DNA of 64,000 bases from Macrostomum lignano (taxonomy: Eukaryota): positions 186,001 through 250,000 of the forward strand of contig NIVC01001522.1 in the NCBI GenBank assembly GCA_002269645.1, in the 5' to 3' direction. The stretch's first letter is position 1. Every line of letters starts with the position of its first letter. The position numbers and the translations under genes were made by a program. The notes beneath the pieces are model-generated. The model had not been told where the DNA came from and did not search any database. It saw only the letters and a program-made list of their open reading frames with translations. Shown here one piece after another: positions 25,755 through 35,751 of the stretch.

Positions 25755-26070
25755 TGGGATAAAGAGGGAGATGGGATGGGTGAGAGTGGGAGGAGGATGG
25801 ATGGATGGATGGGAGAGGGGATGGATGAGTAGGAGAGGGGATGGATGAATCCCCTGCATTGTAACCAATAGGAAAATTGGGTACAATAACGATAGAGATA
25901 ATAAATCTTTCTAGAAAGTTGAACAACGTAGGTCTTGATTTAATTGACATCAGCAAAATGAATTTTTTTTGCTGATTTCAACGTCCATGGCAAGGAGTTG
26001 CAATGTGTGTGAATTTGGCCTGATGGAATTTAGATGGATGGGAACACCCGAAGGGTGGGGGTACCGCTAG
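25755..26070 (+). mobile_element. Helitron 3' terminal region (hairpin + CTAG)
   Basis: CACCCGAAGGGTG hairpin, then GGGGTACCG, CTAG at 26067-26070, followed by T. Confidence 0.85.
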
Positions 26071-26647
26071 TATCATCTAATATACTAAAAATGAAATGCT
26101 TTCTTCTAATATACTAAAAATGGTCTGTTTGTGTGTGTGTGTGTGTGTGTGTGATCGATTTTAGCAAAAACGGCTCAACCGATTTTCTTCGAATTTGCAC
26201 CATTCGATTAGAATTTTTTCCGTGACGATACATGCATCGTGGCTAAGAAATTGCTCGATGCTAAAGGGATTAAATATTCGAAAAACATGCTTTTTTGCAA
26301 AGGTCAAGCAGCTCTTTCGACTTGAAATGCATTGTAAGAATGCTAGCAGAAAAACTGACTGGTTGAATTCTGATTCTGAAATAGATTGCATCACAATACA
26401 CTTTATTTATCGTCTGTGTACTGGCTGAATTTGACACACAATTGAATTGCGTCACAGCTTTGAGTGTGAAAGCATAGCGCAGTACTGAATTTATATTACG
26501 TAACCATATTGTTAACTTTCATAGACACTGGTACTGACTTGCCTAAGAAATTGATTATGTCATAACTGCTTCGTGTGACTTTTTACTCTACCTGACTTGG
26601 TGTGAGTGTTGAATTATATAAGTGGTACAAATTCACTGATAACTGCG

Positions 26648-26710
26648 ATGAGAGCTAGCCTAGAGCTGAACAGACCAGACTGCTAATGCAGCGACCTGGG
26701 TTCGAATCTA
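26648..26710 (+). other. tRNA-derived (SINE-head-like) fragment, not an intact tRNA
   Basis: Degenerate A-box TAGCCTAGAGCTG, GACTGCTAAT (Ser-GCT-like anticodon arm) and B-box GGTTCGAATC; no acceptor stem found. Confidence 0.35.
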
Positions 26711-26789
26711 AGTAGTTTAAAAGTAGTAGTGTAAATTTTTTTATTAAAAGCTTTTATTAAAGGACTAAATAAAAACACTTAGATTACTG

Positions 26790-27885
26790 CACTCAATAAG
26801 CCAAGGATTATTGCTATTAATAAAGCAAGGATTAATGCACTTGATTAATCAAGGATTATTGCTATTAATAAACCAAGGATTACTGCACTCAATAAGCCAA
26901 GGATTATTGCTATTAATAAACCAAGGATTACTGCACTTGATTAATCAAGGATTATTGCTATTAATAAACCAAGGATTATTGCAGTTGATAAGCCAAGGAT
27001 TACAGCGCTTGATAAGCCATGGATTATTGCAGTTGATAAGCCAAGGATTACAGCGCTTGATAAGCCATGGATTATTGCACTTGATAGTAAAGAATGTTGC
27101 ACTTGATAAGCCAAGGATTACTGCACTCGATAAGCCAAGGATTATTGCTATTAATAAACCAAGGATTACTGCACTCAATAAACCAAGGACTATTGCTCTT
27201 GGCAAACCAAGGATTACTGCACTCGATAAGCCATGGATTATTGCTATTAATAAACCAAGGATTATGCACTTGGCAAACCAAGGATTACTGCACTCGATAA
27301 GCCAAGGATTATTGCTATTAATAAACCAAGGATTACTGCACTCGATAAGCCAAGGATTATTATAAGCCAAGGATTATTGCTATTAATAAACCAAGGATTA
27401 TGCACTTGGCAAACCAAGGATTACTGCACTCGATAAGCCAAGGATTATTGCTATTAATAAACCAAGGATTACTGCACTCAATAAACCAAGGACTATTGCT
27501 CTTGGCAAACCAAGGATTACTGCACTCGATAAGCCATGGATTATTGCTATTAATAAACCAAGGATTACTGCACTCGATAAGCCAAGGATTATTGCTATTA
27601 ATAAACCAAGGATTACTGCACTCGATAAGCCAAGGATTATTGTAAACCAAGGATTACTGCACTCGATAAACCAAGGATTATTGCTCTTAATAAACTAAGG
27701 ATTACTGCACTCGATAAGCCAAGGATTATTGCTATTAATAAACCAAGGATTACTGCACTCGATAAGCCAAGGATTATTGATATTAATAAACCAAGGATTA
27801 CTGCACTCGATAAGCCAAGGATTATTGCTATTAATAAACCAAGGATTACTGCACTCGATAGCCAAGGATTACTGCGCTTGATAAG
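26790..27885 (+). repeat. 24-bp minisatellite with alternating variants (48-bp higher order), ~45 copies
   Basis: AGCCAAGGATTATTGCTATTAATA / AACCAAGGATTACTGCACTCGATA; 8-aa periodicity in the overlapping ORFs. Confidence 0.95.
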
Positions 27886-27919
27886 CTTGGCTACATGTAT
27901 AGGATTATTTCTATCCAGG

Positions 27920-28310
27920 GATGCTTGTTATTTAGGGATTCTTGCTATGTGCAGGATGCTTGCTATCTGGAAGGATGCTTCTACATTATTTGGGGGATGC
28001 TTGCTATCTGGAAGGATGCTTCTACATTATTTGGGGTATGCTTGCTATCTGCAAGATGCTTGCTATCTGCAAGATGCTTGCTATCTGCAAGATGCTTGCT
28101 ATCTGCAAGATGCTTGCTATCTGCAAGATGCTTGCTATCTGCAAGATGCTTGCTATCTGCAAGATGCTTGCTATCTGCAAGATGCTTGCTATCTGCAGAT
28201 GCTTGCTATCTGGGTGGATGCTTGCTAGGAGTATTAGGGGATGCTTGCTATCTGGGTGGATGCTTGCTAGGAGTATTAGGGGATGCTTGCTACTGGGGGG
28301 ATGCTTGCTG
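27920..28310 (+). repeat. 18-bp minisatellite
   Basis: GATGCTTGCTATCTGCAA repeated perfectly from ~28040 to 28200, degenerate on both sides. Confidence 0.95.
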
Positions 28311-28831
28311 TCTTGGGAATATTTTCTATTTAGGGGTAATGACTGTGATCTTTGTGAAAGCTATATTTTCTTGTCTGTTTATTAATTTTACCAATCTTGT
28401 TGGCGAAGCCTTCTGCAAAAACATCTTAGTTCTTATCCTTTTGACTATAGCTTTGAACTGTTCTGTCATTATTCGATAATTCGTTGGAAATTAATAAAGA
28501 CGATATTGTTCAGTTTATATAATAGACTAATTTAGTTTAATTTAAAACAAATTTATTGTGTCATAACTGCTTCGTGTTAGTAGTAGTAGTAGCAGCGATT
28601 GTTTTAATTAACTCGAATGATTGCATTAGGTCCAATTTCATTTCAGTCAGAACTTAGTATGCATGATTCTCTCAGATTCCATTTTGCTAATACGTGTATT
28701 AGATTTTTCGTTGCAAATTAATAAAGACGATATTAAACAAGAAAGGGTAACACATTTTCTTTTCAAGATATTTTATTCTCAAATAAGATTTATTTAAGAA
28801 ATCTTAAATAAGCATAAGCAGGCTGCTGCTG

Positions 28832-29241
28832 TCACTTGTGCTTGTCCGAGTTGTCCGGCCGTTGCTTGTGCTGCTGCTGTTGCTGCTTCTCCTGTTGCTC
28901 CTGCTGCTGTTGCTGCTTCTCCTGCTGCTTCTCCTGGCGGACGTAATTATGTAGTGAATTGCATTTCGCCACTTTGTGGTTGCCTCCGCAGAAGTAACAG
29001 GCCACAGCTATGAAAGGAAGTAAGGATGGTTAAATTGTTAATTTTAGAATAAAAACAGTATGTTTAATTGGTTGGCGATTGATTGGTTTGTTTGCTGCTC
29101 AGAGTCAAGAGGAAGAAAGAAAGCAAGTTCTAGGAGGTTGGTGATTAAATGATAAAGTAGTAACCCACAATACGTGCAATACTTACGTTTTCGGGGATGG
29201 CGCGGGCGGCGCTGTTGACTCTCTACGATAGTTACTTTCAT
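28832..29241 (-). CDS. Small two-exon protein (76 aa) with CX2CX3HX4C zinc knuckle and Gln/Glu/Lys-rich tail
   Basis: Exon 29241-29187 (MKVTIVESQQRRPRHPRK, donor GTAAGT, phase 1) and exon 29007-28832 (acceptor ..TTCATAG) give ..PVACYFCGGNHKVAKCNSLHNYVRQEKQQEKQQQQQEQQEKQQQQQHKQRPDNSDKHK*. Further upstream exons cannot be excluded. Confidence 0.6.
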
Positions 29242-30249
29242 TGAGTATGTTAAATATGTAATCCAAATATACTGAATAAATTTATTACTTTTGCTTTTTG
29301 GATATCTTAAGTTGGCGTAGAGTAAGAATCTACAATATATATATATATAGCAAAACTTTCTGGGGTGGGTTGGTGCTGGCCCAACCCGATTGGCCGTTTC
29401 GTGTGGGGATTAGCCACTCAGGGCTGAGGTGGACAAATGAAGCTAAGCAAGAGTGACGGCAGTGGCTGGACGGGTTGGGGCTGAGCTATGCACGGCTTAG
29501 GAGTGAAGCTCACACAGGTCAGAGAGAAGGGTGAGAGCGCAGTTTTGGTTGGGTGACTTAAGCCAAGCTGGGCCTGGGGAGATTGAATCAAAACCAGTTT
29601 GAAGCGGTAAACAACACAGAATACCCTGCACTTTTTAATTGTTGCTACTTTCTTAGCCATTGCAATGACTCAGGAGTAAACTCCGGGGTTATGGTTGATT
29701 GCAAGTAAGAATTAGGAGGGGTGGTGGAGATAGGCGCGAGATTATAGAGCTAATGAGACGGCGGGTATAAACAGAGAAAAGAATAAGAAGACTGAATTAG
29801 ATGAAAAAGGGTGAGAAAATGGAGTAAGCACAGACAAGTTCAGATGAACTGGATAAATGACTAAGAAAGTTAATGCTGCTTTTCATGAGTGTGAAAAACG
29901 ATAAGTCGCAGACAACGAGGGGTTGGTCGTGGGAGTTCAATTAGCATCGTGTGATCACGCCACAAGGTCCAGAGTCCACCCACCCCAGCCGATTTAGTCT
30001 GGAAACGAAGAGATTGCACAGGGAGGGAGTGTTATCTGTGTTCTGATTGGCTGTTTAGTTGTGTGGGGTTGACTGCTGGTGATTGGGGTGTGGGCTTGAC
30101 TATTTAAATTGAAATGGATTGCAAACTGTGAGTTTAACCTGCTATTTCTACTGAAGTATTTTGCACTGCAACATTTCTAGAAGCTCTTTCTATTTTCTAA
30201 GTTTTGTTTCTACTTTGTTAAAACTGTTAAACTGAACAACTAAGCTACA

Positions 30250-31795
30250 ATGGCGTCTACAATCACCAAGAAGATTAAGGCAAATATCTCTGGCCTGAAA
30301 CTGGGCTACATGAATGCGGCGGTTACTGGCCTTGTAACCGATTTGAAGGAGATCAGGTCCTACATGAAGAACGACGTCCGAAGCGAAGTTTTTTCATTCG
30401 TCTTGGTAGACGACTCGGCTGAGATGAGAGTCAGCGTTTTCGGCAAGGACCTGCGGTCTATTTGGGAAGTTTGCAATACTTCCGATGCTGTTCGGATAGC
30501 CGGCGGAATGGTAAAGACTTCGGATCCGAGATACAACAGCACGAATAATCCTATGGAGGTGTCTCTTTCTGTTGACTCCAAGGGATCAATATTTCGAAGC
30601 AATGAAGTTCCGACTGTTAGTGAACGGGCGTGTAACTATACGCGAATAAGCGACCTTCAAAACGTACGCCTGCAAGAGTGAGTTGCATTGTATCTATACT
30701 TGTATTTATTGTATAGACACAGTATACAATATTATTATATGTAAAATAGACATAATAGTATAGCATATTGGAAAATAGAGAATTGTATAGGCAATTGTGT
30801 AGCACTGTAGTGTATGTTCGGCTTTTATAAATTATTTTGACTAGATTAGCAATCTATTGTATGCCTTCATTCCTTGATGTTGGCTAGACTAGCAGTCCAT
30901 TATATTCATTCGTCTATTGATGTAGGTAGGAATAGGATTCAAATGAACTTCAAAAGGCGTTTTTGAGGTTTTAAAAGACTTTTAAAACTGTCCCCTCTGT
31001 ATTGCCTTTTATTAGAAATGTCGATGTCCTTGGAGCAATCGACGCACTGCAGCCGCCCGAGGAAGTCATGACGAAGGCTGGGAAGCGGATAAACGTAGCC
31101 AAAGTGACTCTTGTTGACCAGTCCTGTCGTTCTGTCTCCTGCACATTTTGGGGGTCGTCCTCCGATCAAGCTGTCAACTGGAGTGTCGGCGACATTTTGT
31201 CGATACGACGAGCAAAAGTACAAGAGTACGCTGGCGCTGTTGTACTTGGATGTACTGGCTCTGAAGTTCGGCTCAACTCGGACGACACCGAGGTTACGAA
31301 TTTGACTGACTGGTACACGAATGCTAAGCAGAGCGATACTGAGTTTCAACCTCTGGGTGCTCCGTGTCCATCAGGCGCGGTTGGCGGCTCTTCTGACCAA
31401 AGGGGAAGCAACAGGTGAGTTATTATGCAACTACCGGTATCGCACGAATCCTTCCGGGATGTAGACGAAATTGTCTTGGACTTTGGAGAAGGAATAAAGG
31501 TGCGCGTGTTCATTGTACATGTAACTTATTTAATGTTTAGTATCTTTCTGTAGTACAGATCTATTCACTCTAAGTTGCTACAGTATTGTATATTACTCGG
31601 TCAAGAATGTATAAAATTCAGTTTTAAGCAAACTTGTAAATTTTTGTTTATTAATTTTACCTTTCTACAGAAACTATACAGACTGGTGCCGTCTTGTGAG
31701 AGCCAACTCGAGTCAACACGAATCGACTGGAGTACGCAGGCTGATGAAACAAGCAGAATGTCATGCGAAGATTTCTCTGGCAGTTCAAGAAATCA
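30250..31795 (+). CDS. RPA70 (RPA1)-like ssDNA-binding protein with two OB folds (DBD-A/DBD-B-like), spliced; 3' end unresolved
   Basis: Exons 30250-30677, 31016-31414 and 31671-31795 join in frame with GT-AG. FSFVLVDDSAEMRVSVFG, CNYTRISDL, VDVLGAI, VTLVDQSCRSVSCTFWG, SIRRAKVQEY and LTDWY match the RPA70 DBD-A/B pattern. A further donor at 31796 implies another exon that I could not place. Confidence 0.85.
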
Positions 31796-32087
31796 GTGAG
31801 TTATTGAAGCACATGTGTTGAAAAGCCATCACAAGTAAATTTTAGCATGGAAAAAGAATTGCTACCTTGGCCTACATGCTAAAATTCCTGCTGCATTGGC
31901 ATTGAATGAATATGAAGTACCTTTAGATTGGGTGCGTAAGTCAAATTTGGAGACTGAAATTTAGGATATGGGGTATTTAAGATATAGTTGGACTGATGAT
32001 ACCTTAATTGCAGTTTTGGTAATCCAATAGCAAGTATCTAATTTTCCCTTCTCTTCCCTTCACTTCTATGAGTGTCTTCGACTTGTA

Positions 32088-32190
32088 CTGTGCATTCTAA
32101 GAATCCCTTCCACAGTGCATTCTAAGAATCCCTTCCACAGTGCATTCTAAGAATCCCTTCTACAGTGCATTCTAAGAATCCCTTCCACAG
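32088..32190 (+). repeat. 25-bp minisatellite, ~4 copies
   Basis: AGTGCATTCTAAGAATCCCTTCCAC repeated. Confidence 0.95.
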
Positions 32191-32855
32191 CATCTGACAA
32201 TGCCAGCTAATAGGATATCTGAGAATGTCAGCCAATGGGATTTCTGAGAATTTCAGCTAATGGGATTTCTGAGAATTTCAGCTAATGGTATATCTGAGAA
32301 TGTCAGCTAATGGGATTTCTGACAATGTCAGCTAATGGGATTTCTGACAATGTCAGCTAATGTGATTTCTGAGAATTTCAGCTAATGGGATTTCTGACAA
32401 TGTCAGCTAATGGGATTTCTGAGAATGTCAGCTAATGGGATTTTGAGAATGTCAGCTAATGGGATATTTGACAATGTCAGCTAGCTATTGGGATATCTGA
32501 GAATGTCAGCTAATGGGATATCTGACAATGTCAGCTAATGGTATTTCGAAGAATTTCAGCTAGCTATTGGGATATCTGAGAATGTCAGCTAATGGGATAT
32601 CTGACAATGTCAGCTAATGGTATTTCGAAGAATTTCAGCTAGCTATTGGGATATCTGAGAATGTCAGCTAATGGGATATCTGACAATGTCAGCTACTGGT
32701 ATTTCGGAGAATTTCAGCTAGCTACTGGGATTTCTGAGAATGTCAGCTAATGGGATATCTGACAATGTCAGCTACTGGTATTTCGGAGAATTTCAGCTAG
32801 CTACTGGGATTTCTGAGAATGTCAGCTAATGGGATTTCTGAGAATTTTAGCTATC
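32191..32855 (+). repeat. 25-bp minisatellite, ~26 copies
   Basis: GCTAATGGGATTTCTGAGAATGTCA repeated with variants, some with an extra AGCT. Confidence 0.95.
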
Positions 32856-35751
32856 TTCTTTAGAACATTAAGGGTGAGGTGTTACATTATCGCAGGGTGT
32901 ATTTTTGCCACTGCCAATGTTGATAGCAGGCTGGCTGCAGACGTGCTGGGCCTGACAGAGAGTTGGTTGAAATGGACATTTCGCTGCTTTGTATGTCCCT
33001 GGTAGATTTCTTCCACTCTATTACGTGGGCCAATCCAGAAGTTCATGGTAATTACCGGTGCATTTGTGCAGATTAAGGAAGGGATTTTGTTATGTCTGCT
33101 CGTTAGAATAGAATTTGAATTCTACTAATTTGTGAAATTATTGGACTCGTTTTCCAGGCGATATGGAAATTCAATCAAATAATGTTCTGATTGTGGGTTG
33201 AGCCGGAGAAAGTCGTAATAGTTGGATGATAAAAGCTCAATAAGAGTCCTGTCCCAAAGCGATAGGAAAATTCTGATTGATTTTCTGATTGAGGGGTTGA
33301 GCCAGAGACAGTCTTGATAGTTCAGTAAGAATCCTGTCCATATTCTGCTGAGGGGTTCGGCCAGAGAGTCTGGTAGTGCGGTGAGAGAAGCTCAAATTGG
33401 CAGCTTTTTGTGGTGGGAGAAATTTTCTGATTGCATGAACTTTTGGAATGGCCCTCGTACATGCAAATGCAGCCAGAGGGGGTTGAAGCAGCCTTTGCAA
33501 ACCCCAGATAGTCTGTTGTGATGGCTTTAACTCTGCCGAAGCCAGTCCCAAGCCTGGTTGCAAAAAGAGGAGGGTTGCAAACTGTTCTTACATGCTCATT
33601 AGTAATGCCTGAAATTTACATGCCCCAAGTGAATGCCTCTGTCCAGCTGTGCAGACTAAAGCAAGCCAACAAGTGGTAAGATTGACACCAATGAAAAATT
33701 CTTAACAGAATTTGTGCAATGGTACCATCTTGTTGGCGAAGCCTTCTGCAAAAACATCTTAGTTCTTATCCTTTTATGACTTTGCAATTGTAAATATACG
33801 GAGTAAATAAAATGACTACTTGCATTTGATTGCGTTTTTAAATTTGCTATTAACATTACAGTGCAGAGTTTTTCTTGTTTTCGTCTGAATACGCAGAGGA
33901 AAGGATTATTGAGTACTAATTAATGGGAGACTGCTCCCTAATTTGTGACTGTAAAGAAGAATGAAAATTTTATATACTAAAATATTTATTGTCAGCCATT
34001 CTGACTTTTTGTTAGTTAGATTGCTTCAAATGTACAGGTCTGGGTGTGTGATCAATATGGTAGCTGCAGGTTGCAGTGTTTTACATGTACTTTAAGTATA
34101 TGTAGTTATGAGCGTAGTATATACTTTGTTGTACTTGTTTCCGCTAATGACTGACTGCGCCCCTCTCCACCGGCTGGGGCGCAAATGAAGAAGTTATTCC
34201 GACACTGTACGTTGCTAAGTACACTGGCGTGTCCCCCCTGGGGGAATGGGTAGGCGTATATGATAGTACAGTCTTGTCAGGCAGCTAGAAAAGTTTGGTT
34301 GAGAATTTTTTAACAAGCCTCTTTACTGGGGCGCCAACGATGTCGAATTTTTTCCAAAGCGCAGTACATGCTAAGTACACTGGCTTATGCCCCCTATTCC
34401 CTATTATCTGGGGTAATGAGAGTGAAAGCGGCCCAAGCACAGGTTCGTTTTTATTACGTTAAAAATCTATACATTAATCACACACTTGTTTCGCAGTTAA
34501 GGAATTAATCAAGTGGAGTTGAATATGTCGATGAAAAATTTAGTGTAGGAGTCGCACAGATATATTGCATCAGTTAACCAGAGCTGTGAATCCATGTATT
34601 TCAAAGTTGTATGCATGATTTGCAAAATGGGTCAAACCAAAGTCGTAAATAACTTACTAGAGTTGAGTGGCGAGTGACTTAAAATAAAATTGCGTTTTAA
34701 TTACCGTATGAGAGAATAAAGATGAAAAGGGTTAGGACCACATGCAAACTGCAAAAAAGAACTGTAGCTAAAAGGAAATTAGGCTGTGGGAAAATATTGG
34801 TATTTGAGTCGCAATTTTAAAAGTACAAAAGTACAAAATCTAAATTACGGAAACAATACTTTTAACAAGTCAAACCAATTAATTATACGTCATTGTACTA
34901 GGCAATATCCACTATCAAATAACCACACTGGCTCCAAATACAATAACATTGTCGACACAATGTTTTTGTCTGTAACCGTTAAAACAGTTAACAGCAGACA
35001 TCATTAAAATTGGTGCAACGCCAGTGACTCCCTGCATGATAGGCAACTGTTGCCTTTGGCCTTTGGGAAACAAATTTTTTTTAGCTGTAGTTGCTTTTCC
35101 AGCCGTTGCAGAGCGTACTGCTTGCACCGCAACAGAAGTAGTACGCTATTGCTCTGAAAGAAGGCAAGTAGGTTGAATTGTCAGTTTTTTAAATTCTACA
35201 CAAGCATGTTTTATTGGTACATAAGCCCCAGGGCCAGAATTAAAATGAGAATTCGATTCCTAGCCCCCTCCCTAAGAATTCTTTTTATTTTAAAGGATTC
35301 GTCCCTTGCTTATTTGCCACCCCGAAGGGGGGCGCTAGATTGCTAGTATGAATCTACACGTGAATAAGTGGGACTAAAATCTCATGAATATAAATTGTTG
35401 CAAATAATTACCGCACAAGCCTCAGGCTGGGGATTCTTCAGTGTCAGTGAAGAACACTGAATCATCGACATCAAATCGTTGTCTCTTCTGTTGCAGCTGC
35501 TTCGATCTGGTGGCTGAATTTTGTCGTTTCGACCATCGGCGCATCTGCCTCTCAGATGCTTTACTTTTGTGCTGCTGGGCTGGGCTGCTGGGACGATCGC
35601 TAGCGTCTTTTAGAGCCCTCCTGGCAGCTCCCTCCATCTGCAGATGGCTGATAGGATTCCTCTTATAGGTTCGAGTCAGTGCCTCTGAATAAAAACGAGC
35701 GGAAAAAGTATGTGCTTAGCAAAAAAAACATACTAGAAAGAGTAGAGTTAC

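Larger units (their letters stand above)
2922..26070 (+). mobile_element. Autonomous Helitron (rolling-circle transposon); 5' end well supported, 3' end tentative
   Basis: Starts A|TCTAATATATCTAAAG..GTCTGTCTGT..GGCTCAACCGATTTT at 2922, a typical animal Helitron 5' end, and contains the RepHel gene. The first plus-strand hairpin+CTAG|T I found downstream is CACCCGAAGGGTG (26045-26057)..CTAG (26067-26070). Confidence 0.55.
26076..35346 (+). mobile_element. Second Helitron-like unit (~9.3 kb, no RepHel) carrying an RPA70-like gene, a zinc-knuckle gene and minisatellites
   Basis: 5' end TCTAATATACTAAAAATG (26076, repeated at 26105)..GTCTGTTTG(TG)n..AAACGGCTCAACCGATTTT, sharing GGCTCAACCGATTTT and GGGATTAAATATTCGAAAAAC with the 2922 end. 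3' end GCCACCCCGAAGGGGGGC hairpin and CTAG|T at 35343-35346. Confidence 0.65.

Noticed and set aside
26648-26710. Functional tRNA-Ser gene
   Set aside because: Only the B-box and anticodon-arm-like pieces are present; no complete cloverleaf or acceptor stem.
26811-28479. Repetitive ORFs of 68-194 aa
   Set aside because: They arise from 24- and 18-bp repeats open in several frames on both strands; no independent coding evidence.
35422-35637. 71-aa ORF MEGAARRALK.. as a gene
   Set aside because: Short, no motif, wedged between the Helitron end and the LINE breakpoint; it may be an orphan exon but I cannot support it.
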